Positions 9,176-20,000 of a stretch of DNA of 64,000 nt are shown one piece after another. Below the pieces are notes generated by a model. It searched no databases and was not told the DNA's origin. It worked only from the letters and a program-made list of their open reading frames with translations. Location of the stretch: the IMG/VR virus record IMGVR_UViG_3300009709_000003, positions 32,001-96,000 of that record. One strand, given 5' to 3'. Each line of letters opens with the position of its first letter. Position 1 is the stretch's first letter. Origin of the DNA: a virus. The translations under genes and the position numbers were made by a program.

Positions 9176-9961
9176 TCAGGTGATCGGGGTGGGGTCACGG
9201 ACCAAACGCACGCCAAGGAACGGATCGTTCGCAGACGGCAGTTGAATCACATGGCCAACAAACTTACCTTCAGCGGCGTTGTTCGTAAACAAACCAGCCA
9301 AGGCGGGAGTGGCACCACCACAATACAAGTTCTTGCCAACGCCAGTCAGCGAATACGTACGCGACGTATCGTAGCAGGACGTGAACAACACGGAAGCTTC
9401 CGTGATGACCGTAACGCGGCTATTAGCAATAGTCACGTCATCCGTCATGTTCCAGAAGTTACGACCTTCGAAATCAAGATCGCTGGTCTGGAGTTGGAAG
9501 GTATAAGTGGCATACACCGTGGTGGCGAGGGGGATCGCACCAGTCGACACCTGAGTAACCGTACCGTTAGGCAACGAAGCCGTGTAGTCGGTGGTCATCG
9601 CGTAAGTCGTGCCCGTCTCACCAGGAGCAGAGCGAATCACAAGATTGCTGGCTGCGGGGTGTTTCAGGTTAACAGTCGAGTTGGCCGTCGCAAACGCGAT
9701 AGGCTCGTCAACCGACACAGACGTGAAAACGTTGGTTTTGTTCCACTTAGCAACACCGAGAACGCCTTCGCTCGTTGCAGGAACGATGAAACCGTTGGCG
9801 TCCTGAGCAACCAACGAGCCTTGCTCGAAACTTGCCGTCGTGTTAGCAACGTAAAAACCGAGATCTTCCTGAATCACGCAACGACCAAGATCCAAGCCAC
9901 GCTTGAATACGGTGCCATTGAATGCAGCAAGTCCGGCGCTTGAAAGTCCAATACTGCCCAT
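9176..9961 (-). CDS. Capsid decoration/cement protein
   Basis: Beta-rich 261 aa between scaffold and MCP; LGVAKW, VGHVIQLPSANDPFLGV. Confidence 0.65.
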   Translation of the reverse strand: MGSIGLSSAGLAAFNGTVFKRGLDLGRCVIQEDLGFYVANTTASFEQGSLVAQDANGFIVPATSEGVLGVAKWNKTNVFTSVSVDEPIAFATANSTVNLKHPAASNLVIRSAPGETGTTYAMTTDYTASLPNGTVTQVSTGAIPLATTVYATYTFQLQTSDLDFEGRNFWNMTDDVTIANSRVTVITEASVLFTSCYDTSRTYSLTGVGKNLYCGGATPALAGLFTNNAAEGKFVGHVIQLPSANDPFLGVRLVRDPTPIT

Positions 9962-10108
9962 AGCATATACTCCTAAAAGTTGAATAAAATTATGGGCAAT
10001 CTTAGCCCATCGTAAGCTTCAATAGTCTAGTAAGGGTGTTATATTCGCGGAAATATTTAAGACGGAGAGGGAAGTAATAATATTCTATTCTAGCGTATCA
10101 AAATCAGA

Positions 10109-12754
10109 TTAGAATTTGAAGTTTTTGGTGTTCTGGGCCAGATTGCCCACTTTCATACCACCAATTGCTTCACGAATCGAAGCCGCGCGAGTGTCGCGTG
10201 GGGTATCGTCGCTGTTATCGACAGGAGCCACAGTCATATTTCCTGCACGCGCTGCTTGACGAACACTTTCATCATGGGTGGGCTCTGGTTGATACTCAAT
10301 GACCACCGAAGCAGTGCGAATGTTGTTCATGTCAGACTCCACTTGCATGAGAGCTTCATCCGACATTTGCATCACAGACGCCGCACGCTCGAACAAACCG
10401 TCGATAAAAGCCTCCCAAGTAGGCTTGGACGATGCAACTTTCTCGCCAAATGCCGTCTCAATCAGACTGACCGCAGTATGCTGATCCATGGGAACGTATT
10501 CATAGCCTTGACCAAGATCGCGTCCATTGGCCAACACAATGCCAAAAGCTTCCTTCAATGGGGAATGCTCAATATTCATTGCTTGACGACGAGCCACGAA
10601 CTTCAAGGCACGCACCAAGCGATTTTGCAACATATCCATTTCTGCTTTATGCTGAGTCTTCAAGGCAGTTGCTTGTTCAGCCAAACGCGTGTCATAAAGT
10701 TTCGTCAAACGAGCGATATGCTTTTCATGTTCAACTGCGGCGACTTTACCTTGATGGTCGTGGGCCTCTCCGTCCAGCACGCTCTCACTGAGGTCGAAAT
10801 CCTTGCGCTTCTCACGCGTATCGAAATCTCGATCCTTTGTAACATTGAGAGCATGAGGGTCTTTGTCATGCTTCTCATCTTCGACGTCAACCTCACGACC
10901 TTCCAAAGCGTCATCCTTAAGGTCTTTCTCCTCATGGTGCTCTTCGGTGTCCGTATGTTCGCCGCTTTCGGTAGCTGATTCCAACACTTCGCCATCCTGG
11001 CGATCGTCGGTCATGGTCTCATCGCGTTCTTCGTGCGTACTGTTGGTTTCTTGGCGATCCGCATCAAGCATGTCATCGACAGCTTTGTCGAGAACTTGAG
11101 CCAAGTGCAAGCTGGGGACAGCCTTAAACTTTTGCATGGTGGTCGTCAAACCATTGGTTTGGATAGACGCCAAGATGTCATCATTGGTAGTGGCCGATTT
11201 CGACGTGGGATCGACAGGCATTACAAACAGCGTACCAGTTGAATCTGACACGGCGAGATTACCACTTTTGGTGGTCGAAATGGTAAGTTCTTTGTACACT
11301 GAAGCACCTTTAAATTTAGATGATACGATTCGTTTTTTAGTGGTAGTCTTGACATCGTTAGAAAGTGCAGATCCGCCACGTTTAGGTGGAGCATTCACAC
11401 TTTCAGTCGGCTTATTGGTTACTATACCCATCGCGGCAGGGGTGAGTTGTTCACCTTCCTCAGCAGGGGTCAAACCGACATCAGAGGGACTAAGATCTTC
11501 AATAGAAGTACCTTGTTCATCCTCGATTGGATCAGTGGACTTAATATCCACACCGTCGGTGCCGTCACCGATGTTAACAATAACATCAGCTTCTTTATGA
11601 CCGCCCGTCTCTTTGGCAGCAGGAGTGAGTTCCGCGCACCCTTCACAACGAGTGTAGGTGTCACCATCACACATGGGATCAGCGTCTTCCCAACGAGCCA
11701 TCCTACCTTCTGCACATTCTGGACAGAGAATAGGCTTGTCTTGGACCTGAGCAGCTTTGCTCATACTCTTTTCTAGGGCCGCAACTTTTGATTTCAAGAT
11801 AAGTAATTCGCTTTCTTGTGCCAAAGTGTTATTTGAGGCTTCTTTAACAGAAGCAGACAATTTGAGAATCTCATATTGCTCAGCCTTTGGATCGGCTGGG
11901 TCTTGTACGCGCGAATACTCTTCGAATACGACACCTTCACACCATTCAAAAGCTTCAGCTTCTTTCATAGATGAAGCTGTTCGACCATTGGCGTCGTCAA
12001 TGTTTACATACTTAATAGTATATGCAACTGGATTAAAGTCTTCCGCACCTTCGGCGTAAACTTTACCCTTATTCCGAATATGCTTACAAAATTCAGATGC
12101 AGTTGATGCAACATGGTTGCAAACGTTACAACGTGTGCGAGCGCAAGAGCATCCCATCGAACCGTGGCGCAACACACCAGACATGACGCCGTTGGCAAAA
12201 ACTGGGTCTTTCTTAGTGTCAATAGCGACCAGCAATTCTACAAATTCGTCTTTTACGACATGACCACACTTTATGCAGTGCAAACCAGTTTCGGCGTCTC
12301 TAGCCTCTTTAGCTGCAGTTTTAGCGTGACAATTCTCACATTCTGCGGAAGCTGGCGAACGATCATTATACGTGGCATCGAGAATAAAACCGCGTGCAGT
12401 CTTTGGATTATCTGCACGATGTTGAATTTGATGCGGTTTGTACTGATAAGTGCGATAAACTTGTTTACCTAAGCGGTGGTCAAATCGCAACAATTCAGTC
12501 TTATGGAAGGCGTCTTTGTTCTCATTACGAACGTTAGACGTATTACCTCTAATAGCCTCAAAGATGTAGTCTTTTGGATCGGCAGAGATATTGTATTCGT
12601 TAGCTACCAGGTCAAGGGCCGCTTGCACATCGATCTTTTGAGTGCCTTCAAAATAAGCACTTTTACCATTGTAAGCTGCGGACTTTTTAAAATCTTTGCC
12701 ATCAGAGGTGGCAACAGATAACACTTGCACGCCGGCCTGTCTAAAGAATGCCAT
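10109..12754 (-). CDS. Prohead maturation protease fused to acidic coiled-coil scaffold
   Basis: N.N.DAF...EL, H....ARGFILDA, SMGC...CNVC...FCKH, FEEYS.V.DPADP.A; acidic C-terminal half. Likely start MAFFRQAG at 12754 (AGGA RBS), not 12838. Confidence 0.75.
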   Translation of the reverse strand: MAFFRQAGVQVLSVATSDGKDFKKSAAYNGKSAYFEGTQKIDVQAALDLVANEYNISADPKDYIFEAIRGNTSNVRNENKDAFHKTELLRFDHRLGKQVYRTYQYKPHQIQHRADNPKTARGFILDATYNDRSPASAECENCHAKTAAKEARDAETGLHCIKCGHVVKDEFVELLVAIDTKKDPVFANGVMSGVLRHGSMGCSCARTRCNVCNHVASTASEFCKHIRNKGKVYAEGAEDFNPVAYTIKYVNIDDANGRTASSMKEAEAFEWCEGVVFEEYSRVQDPADPKAEQYEILKLSASVKEASNNTLAQESELLILKSKVAALEKSMSKAAQVQDKPILCPECAEGRMARWEDADPMCDGDTYTRCEGCAELTPAAKETGGHKEADVIVNIGDGTDGVDIKSTDPIEDEQGTSIEDLSPSDVGLTPAEEGEQLTPAAMGIVTNKPTESVNAPPKRGGSALSNDVKTTTKKRIVSSKFKGASVYKELTISTTKSGNLAVSDSTGTLFVMPVDPTSKSATTNDDILASIQTNGLTTTMQKFKAVPSLHLAQVLDKAVDDMLDADRQETNSTHEERDETMTDDRQDGEVLESATESGEHTDTEEHHEEKDLKDDALEGREVDVEDEKHDKDPHALNVTKDRDFDTREKRKDFDLSESVLDGEAHDHQGKVAAVEHEKHIARLTKLYDTRLAEQATALKTQHKAEMDMLQNRLVRALKFVARRQAMNIEHSPLKEAFGIVLANGRDLGQGYEYVPMDQHTAVSLIETAFGEKVASSKPTWEAFIDGLFERAASVMQMSDEALMQVESDMNNIRTASVVIEYQPEPTHDESVRQAARAGNMTVAPVDNSDDTPRDTRAASIREAIGGMKVGNLAQNTKNFKF

Positions 12755-12755
12755 G

Positions 12756-12872
12756 TTATTTGTCCTGCTTAGATTTGTTCTTGTCAGTGTCTGGCTTGGA
12801 TTCGGTCGTGGTCGTAGGCACCGAAGTGGCAGTATCAATTGTCGTCGTTTTGCCGTTCTTTTGGAATGCCAT
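12756..12872 (-). CDS. 38-aa peptide MAFQKNGKTTTIDTATSVPTTTTESKPDTDKNKSKQDK
   Basis: Below ORF-track cutoff; AGGT RBS; stop 1 nt before the protease ATG; N-terminus resembles the protease N-terminus (MAFFRQAG). Confidence 0.5.
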   Translation of the reverse strand: MAFQKNGKTTTIDTATSVPTTTTESKPDTDKNKSKQDK

Positions 12873-12944
12873 GGTTCTTTACCTATAAAGCAGGATACGA
12901 AGAATATTCCTAACCAATTTTAGGGATAGAAATTGGATATACGA

Positions 12945-15308
12945 TTACTTATCGTCCAGGAGATCGGAAATATCACCAACCCATCTACTGTCGCCACCAT
13001 TACCATGGCCCACTAAAAGATCAACACTCTCGTGCGTTTTAAATACTTGCTTACCTTTATTCATTACCCTTGCGTTCATGTCTTCATCGCCATAAACACC
13101 GGCATCCTCTGGCATATCTTCTAATAAAGATCGATTTACTTGAGATTTGCCAATACTGATATCCTTAAGGACACCCTCAGCGTCTAGGATACGACGCAAT
13201 GAGGTGAAATCAGCGTGTGGATAGCCTTTATCAGCCAAAAACGTTTCTACACAGTCTAAAGTAGACCAAGTGTCACAATCTTCAATAGCACTCACCAAGT
13301 TGGGAGATTTAAGTTCTTCCCATATTGGAGATTTCGTTTCGCCGCTTTCGAGTAGATTCATCAGTTCATGTACTTCACTGGCACGCCAATTCTTATACTG
13401 ACCATTTTTATCCCAAAGGTCGCTTTTCATGTGTCGAACATATTCATCACGAGTACCACTAGGGCCGTGTTCCTCAGAAGTTTTGTCGGCTGCTGGACCA
13501 GGCGCTCCACCTGGATTTCCTGCCGCACCACCAGCTTCACCTTCTTCAGCTGGTTTACCCTCTTCACTTTCGCCACCGTCTGTAGGTGTAGGACTTGGAG
13601 CACTCATGCCACCACCCGTCGCACCAGGACCACCGTCAATTGCAGAAGCTGGCAAATACTGTTGCAAGCTTTGTTCATATTTTGTTTCTTCGATAATTTT
13701 CTTGGTTTCTTCTTCGAAGTGCTTACCAGCCGCTGCAAACTTGGTGGTTTTAGAGAACTTCAATCCAAGTTGACCTTCGAGAATGTTCATCACATTCACA
13801 AGTTCCGTGTTAACCGTAGAATCTAGCTGTTTTTCCCATTGGATACCCGGAATGATCCATCGATTTTCTTGCTCAATTTCTCTTGCACTACGTTTAACTC
13901 GATAACGACCAGCTAATTCCTTTTTGCTAGGTTTGATCCACCCATTCATCTGGGCCATGGGCTTAAATATTTTCGGAATCAACCACCCATTAACAAAGAA
14001 ATTACGCATTGACTTCATGCGCTGCATGAAGACCGACAAGCCGGTGATAGACGATGCATAATTCGTGTCGCCAGTCAAGAAACCTTTATTAATACCCATG
14101 GCAACAAGCTTGTACTGCTCAATGGTATTAATATGACCGGTAATGTTCATAACTCGTTCTTGCACACCCACCAGTTCAGTTTGAACGCCGTAATGAGTCA
14201 CAATCCAAGCCATAGGATCGACTTCAGCCTGAGCAAGCATTTCAAGCATCTTGCGTTCGTGTTCTGGACCAGGAATCCAACCAGTGGTGGGATTACCCAT
14301 CTTCAACAATTTCAATGGTGCGGCCATACGGCGAGCTGTCTGTAGACTTGCCTCGAAAACCGCATCCTCAAACATCAAAACACGCCACATACGCGAAATA
14401 ATGCTAGTTCCGCGCGTGTCGTATGGGTGCATCTTTCGTGGAATAAAGGTGAAATTAATCGGACTAAGAGGAATGTTCTGGCGGGCCACTAATTTGGCAA
14501 TAAGTTCAGGAGGCATTTGCTCACGAACTTTTCCCAACAAACGGTTGTTAGACGTCAACACTGCTCGTAAACGGTCGTCCGGAATAAATTCAACTACAGG
14601 CTCCATTTTAATGAATGGAGTGCTGATAACTTCAAGTTGGTCTGGGTTGTGCAGAGAAACGTGTGTCCACATACCACGATTTTCATCCCAGAATGCATGA
14701 GGACAAGCCTCCCCCACACCTAGGAACTCTTTAACCATCGATTCAAGTGTAGAGATCACATTGATCTCTTTTAACATTACTTCATAATGTTCTTTAACTT
14801 CACCAGTTACACCTTCACCAGTCAATTGAAAATCAGACCATGGCATGGAACCGTACATGTCAATACAAGTTCCGATGTAAGGATCCAATTTTGTGAACAA
14901 ACGCCAGTAACGATTTGCCAAAATCCGATGTACAGGGTACTGTTGGCGGTCACTCGATCCGAATTCGGGTTGGTATGGTTTCTGGGGGCTAACCATCGAA
15001 CCCCCCATACCCCCATACCCTCCAGCCGGACCGCCATGACCACCCCACCCAGCTGAACCATGTTGTTGTGATGTCTTACCGAACCCCCTGGAATCCCAGC
15101 TAGCTCCCTCTGGGAGTATGTTTGACATGAGGTTCTGAACGGCACCATGCTTGTTAGCTAAACCAGGTAGGAACTTTTCAAACCGCTCGTTTAGGGCTTC
15201 GATCGTTGAGTGAGTTAGACCACTAGGATTAGCATTGTCAGATACAGTCTCTGCCATTGCTTGCTTGCGGACATCACCATACTTGTTGCCTGGTTTGATA
15301 TAGCTCAT
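12945..15308 (-). CDS. Portal protein
   Basis: DPYIGTCIDMYGSMPWS, EFLGVGE, HNPDQLEV, RGTSIISR, NYASS; upstream of protease; low-complexity C-terminal tail. Confidence 0.8.
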   Translation of the reverse strand: MSYIKPGNKYGDVRKQAMAETVSDNANPSGLTHSTIEALNERFEKFLPGLANKHGAVQNLMSNILPEGASWDSRGFGKTSQQHGSAGWGGHGGPAGGYGGMGGSMVSPQKPYQPEFGSSDRQQYPVHRILANRYWRLFTKLDPYIGTCIDMYGSMPWSDFQLTGEGVTGEVKEHYEVMLKEINVISTLESMVKEFLGVGEACPHAFWDENRGMWTHVSLHNPDQLEVISTPFIKMEPVVEFIPDDRLRAVLTSNNRLLGKVREQMPPELIAKLVARQNIPLSPINFTFIPRKMHPYDTRGTSIISRMWRVLMFEDAVFEASLQTARRMAAPLKLLKMGNPTTGWIPGPEHERKMLEMLAQAEVDPMAWIVTHYGVQTELVGVQERVMNITGHINTIEQYKLVAMGINKGFLTGDTNYASSITGLSVFMQRMKSMRNFFVNGWLIPKIFKPMAQMNGWIKPSKKELAGRYRVKRSAREIEQENRWIIPGIQWEKQLDSTVNTELVNVMNILEGQLGLKFSKTTKFAAAGKHFEEETKKIIEETKYEQSLQQYLPASAIDGGPGATGGGMSAPSPTPTDGGESEEGKPAEEGEAGGAAGNPGGAPGPAADKTSEEHGPSGTRDEYVRHMKSDLWDKNGQYKNWRASEVHELMNLLESGETKSPIWEELKSPNLVSAIEDCDTWSTLDCVETFLADKGYPHADFTSLRRILDAEGVLKDISIGKSQVNRSLLEDMPEDAGVYGDEDMNARVMNKGKQVFKTHESVDLLVGHGNGGDSRWVGDISDLLDDK

Positions 15309-15368
15309 TCTGGTAGTTTAGTACTATTTTATCTTTGCTTAGGCAATTAATATGATATGTACAGTCGT

Positions 15369-15677
15369 TTATTCAGGACGTACTTGCCGGCCTGGCCAAT
15401 TAGCACTAAGCATGTATGGAACCTGAGACCATCTTACATAACCAACAATCTCTGAGTGTCCCCAAACACGCAAGGCTTCTACCGCATCAAACTTACCGCA
15501 TTTCCATGGTTGGTCGGCATAGACCGAGAGCACAAATCTAGCTGCATGTCGTGATTGGCTATTGTGTGGTAGAGTAACTGCCCAATCGTCCATAGCCTCA
15601 GGATCAAATCGTGCTGCACCTGGACACCCATTGAGAATCGGGAACCAGGAAATTAGGTTCTCAATCAGCGTTGACAT
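15369..15677 (-). CDS. Hypothetical protein
   Basis: 102 aa, coupled to the upstream gene. Confidence 0.55.
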   Translation of the reverse strand: MSTLIENLISWFPILNGCPGAARFDPEAMDDWAVTLPHNSQSRHAARFVLSVYADQPWKCGKFDAVEALRVWGHSEIVGYVRWSQVPYMLSANWPGRQVRPE

Positions 15678-16993
15678 TATTTCTTGTGCCCATACTTCAT
15701 TTGCTCAGTATCTTGATCTCTTGGGATAGAAAGGTCTTGCAAATCTTCACGTGCATCAATGTTGTCGGTCTTACCGTCGGTAGGCCAATCTATCAGAGCC
15801 ACTGCTTCTTTATCTGACCCTTCATCGTCGTCAACTTCTAGCAAGGACAGTTCTTTCACAAAAGCCTTCCAAGTCATCTCGTGATGACCACCATATTCAT
15901 TTGGTTGCCGACCAACCATGAAGGCGTTTATAGCTTCGCTCTCTGAGTTAAAGCCTAACATGACTTTATCTTCGTCGTATTCGCCTGTGTTTGCATGACA
16001 CTTATACATCACGTACACGTGGTTGGAATCATGATTGGGGCCAACGTAAACGTCCAACTCATCCCCGTCCGCACCGATATAACCAATGATCGAGCCATAG
16101 TCCGCACCCATCATCTTTTCTGTGCCGTCTGATGCAGGTTTAACCGACCATTGTGGATACTCAATGCGGACATTGAGTCCCTTAAACTTTATGTCGTGTC
16201 TTGGCTTATGATCCACAAGCGATCCAACGTCTTCCATTATTGGTAAACCTCTTTCTTCTATAGAGTCAGAGGTATTTAAAATTTTTTGCGCCTTTAGTTG
16301 TCGTCCCGACACTTCCAAGAAAGCGTTAGAACCCCATACAAGTTCGGCGTACGGATTTTTATAAGCCTTACTATTGGCTGTATATCCCACTCCCTCATTT
16401 CGCGTTTTATCTTTGCCCGGTTGTACGGGAGCATCTTTCTCAGCGTGGAGAGTAACATTGTAAGTGTCTCTGTTGACGTCTTCGTAGGCAGGATTCGGCT
16501 CACCAACACCATTAGTGTAAGGTGGCTGTACAGCAGGGAACTCCATAGTATCTTTAAAAGATTCTTCTTCATCGCTGTGGTTGTCGCCTAACTTCATGTC
16601 TGCGTCTTCAAACGCATTCTCATCCGTATAGGAGTCACTCCACATGCCGAATGTTGTTTCTTTTTGCTTGACTTTTTCGTTATGAAAGTCTGTTGTCAAG
16701 TCAGTAAGAGTCTCACCCATTTCCGCTTCTTTCTGAGCGTCTAGGCGAGTTCTGTTAAACAGCTGCATCTCTGGAAAATCATTATTTTTATTGGTGTCGT
16801 TGTAAACTTCTGGCTCAAGAGCAGCGGGTGCCAAATATGGAGCGTCGAGACCAGGCACGTCACCATCACTAGGCTCATCAACCACATTAACTGCGGCTTC
16901 AAGAGCGGCTATTCTTAGTAAATCAGCGACTTGAGCCAATACCTTTTGTCGGTCATGCTCTCTGTCCTGCCATGTCTTATATTTCTTACCCAT
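15677..16993 (-). CDS. Acidic head-associated protein with inorganic-pyrophosphatase-like domain
   Basis: IEYP...ADYGSI.G.IGADGDELDVYVGP...YDEDKVMLGF. Confidence 0.7.
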   Translation of the reverse strand: MGKKYKTWQDREHDRQKVLAQVADLLRIAALEAAVNVVDEPSDGDVPGLDAPYLAPAALEPEVYNDTNKNNDFPEMQLFNRTRLDAQKEAEMGETLTDLTTDFHNEKVKQKETTFGMWSDSYTDENAFEDADMKLGDNHSDEEESFKDTMEFPAVQPPYTNGVGEPNPAYEDVNRDTYNVTLHAEKDAPVQPGKDKTRNEGVGYTANSKAYKNPYAELVWGSNAFLEVSGRQLKAQKILNTSDSIEERGLPIMEDVGSLVDHKPRHDIKFKGLNVRIEYPQWSVKPASDGTEKMMGADYGSIIGYIGADGDELDVYVGPNHDSNHVYVMYKCHANTGEYDEDKVMLGFNSESEAINAFMVGRQPNEYGGHHEMTWKAFVKELSLLEVDDDEGSDKEAVALIDWPTDGKTDNIDAREDLQDLSIPRDQDTEQMKYGHKK

Positions 16994-17010
16994 ACAAACT
17001 AATCAGGTAA

Positions 17011-20000
17011 CTACCACCTACGGGTGCCGCCTTTGCCGAGATTAAACGTATTGCGTGGGTGAAACACCCTACCTAACTGATTGCTAGTGTAGTTTTGAGC
17101 GCTCAACATTTCAGACTTCAGTCTTGATTCTTTCGAACGGGCTTTGGCACCTTGGGGTATGACTTGAGACTCTTGTACAAGCTTATGAACGTGTACAACA
17201 ACGCGCGCACAGTCATCGGAATTGTATCCACGCTTCTTACCTTTGTTAGCGTTGTAAATCTTAGATCCGTCCATAGATCTTTCAAGTTTAGAAATTTCGT
17301 AAAGCGCCACTGCTTGAGGTGACTTCATCGGTGGTTCAAGATCATCGTCATCTGGATTCTTTGGCAGCATACGAACTTTATTCATGTTCGTGTCGGCGAC
17401 AAATTTTACAAAATCATCTGCCTTAATAGTTTTCGTGTCTGCCTGCACACCCAAATTACGAATATGTTGAATCATACCAACAGACTGCCAATGGTCGAAT
17501 TCTACTTTGGCTATCTTTTGATATTTCAGCATTTCCTCAATAATTTGTTCGGCAGAATCGAACCAAACTTGTGTGGTAGAATTAGGCAGCACCCTCATTA
17601 TCCAGTCAAATACCGTTACAAAATCTGTGGTGCCATCGGGGTTCTGGACCAACTCCACATGAGCGGCTGCACCCGTAAAAGCGTCAAACATCTGTCCTGC
17701 ATCGAAAACTACGAACCGTGGAACGTCACGTCTAAATTCACAGGAAGTCATCATGGCCCGGAAATAAGGCGTTCCTATCTTATCCGTGAAAGGCATCGTA
17801 ACAATTTCTGCCGATGGCTTTAATTCTGGGTCGATAGCCTTTTCGTTAAATATATCAACATTAGTTATAAGAGGATTGGCTGCCAATGGAGGACGAGCAC
17901 CAAAATCTCGCATAGTACCAACGGGGTCGTTCTCCATAGCCTCTTTAAAATATTCTATTTTTTCGTTAGGATTCCACTCCCATGTCGCTTTATGGATAGC
18001 GTACATTGAGGGAGTGGTTTTAGCACGTTCTAGTAGCGTCATACCATAATCATCAACCGAAATGGGTGATGATATGGTCATGTTCAAACCCAACCACGAT
18101 ATCAACTTATGGTTCTTTACTGCAGATCGCACAGTACGCAAAGAGTTATCCATAACACGAAAAGCTTCTTCAGCTCCCAGAGATGCACCTTCTGACTGTT
18201 GAAATCGACATAATTCGTCGATCATGGCGGCAATACGAGTTCGTCCTGCAAGACCGGCAGAATTGGAGTTCTTAGAGTTCAATTTCAAGTTGAAATAATC
18301 GTTACGTATTTCTTTACCAGTCTCTAAGTATTTCCATTTCTCCATACCAGGTTTATGTTCTTGAATCGCTTCCTGTTCTTTTATCCAACCTACATATCTT
18401 TTGAACCAAGGTGATGCGTCTCGCAGATTTCTATATATTGTCCAAATTGTATCCGCCGACTGCGTTTCAGACGACGCGATAAATGTCATCTCAAACGCGC
18501 CTTCAGGGAGCAGTCCAAAATAATCTGCCAGATTTCTAGAAGGTTGACGTAAAGCGATGTTTACCAGACGATGCTCTATATAATTACCTATTTGAGCAGC
18601 TGTAACGGTCTTTCCAGAATTATGGTTTACAATCGACCCGGCCATAAAAGAATGAGTTCCAGGCACATGTAGATCAAACAGGTTTTGTGTTGTACCCATT
18701 TCAATCTTTTTGATTTTTAAAAATTCGAAGTTGTCGTCTGTCTTAGTGTATTTCCCAGTGCTAAGTACTTTATCAACACATGCCGCAAGTGCCGATTTTT
18801 TACGCGCGGAATTAAACCCAATAAGTTTGCTAAATCTAAGTATATTCTCCCCATAAATGCGGATCGAATATGAGTTGTGTGCAAACTTTTCTTGCGATCT
18901 AAACTTTCTCGACTTTGTCTTACTAATACTAGCCTTTACACCAAGTGCCCAAAGTAGCTGTTGTAGATCTTGTGCTAAAGATAGAGAGACCGTGTATGCT
19001 GCTACAGCTGCTTTATTAAAGCCACTTTTCTCTATAGCTGCGGTACCATCACCCTCAAAATACGACCTGAGATATGCCGTCACGTATTCTTTATTGAGCA
19101 TCCAAATACTTTGTGGAACTCTTTTCACATGGGCATTATGTCGCTCTAGTCCAAGTCCGTTTAACAATTCTCGTATGCCAATACCATTCAAATCGACAGT
19201 GATACCATCATCAGTGTAAGATACAGGCACTTTACCAAACACTCGCGCACATGTATCACTAAAGTGCTGAAGTGTTTCTTCATCACCATTTGTAAATCTT
19301 ATGCCGTATTCTCTATCGCATTGTCCTTCTGATGTAAAATACCCCAAAAGTGTGGCCAAATCTTCGGACCATATTTTTGGAATCACATATTTTGATTCAT
19401 AGTTCATCCTGCTTTCGCACGTTTTAACTAGTTCCGCGTTTATAGGCGTGTCTTTTGCTATGCTTGGCCAGTAGTTTGCCGTGCATTTTATCTTATCTCC
19501 TATTGTTAATTCATTTAGTTTATACCACCCAAATTTACCGGCTTTAATGGCCTGTACAGGGTGAATGTGACTACCTTCAACAGTAAGTCCTTTTACCAAT
19601 GTGATCTTTAAAGTGTCTGCCGTGCCAGCACAATATACATCGGATGCCAATTCATATCCATGTTCACCTAGCACACACTCATTGATTGATTGAAAAGTAT
19701 CCTTGTGTAAATCGCCCTTCCATAAGTCTTTTATTCTGACAAGACCATTATTTGTAACCACTCTAGTATCACCTGGTACGCATCGCATCCCCACTATTGC
19801 ATGCAGATGATTATACTCATGAATCAATTTATCTTGTACAAGTTCTGCTCTGGTTGTCGAGCATTTGGGGCATACATCATCATTGTATGTATTTGACCAT
19901 ACCAACAGTACCTCGGATTGTAGAGTTTCTTTACTTTTACCCCAAGCGTCCGTTGCTTCGGGTTTCATAGAATTACAAATTGGGCAATAAAGCCCAAAGA

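Noticed and set aside
7837-9943. Long plus-strand ORFs (431 aa, 233 aa) antisense to the capsid and decoration genes
   Set aside because: Shadow ORFs caused by the codon bias of highly expressed genes; no RBS or recognisable motifs.
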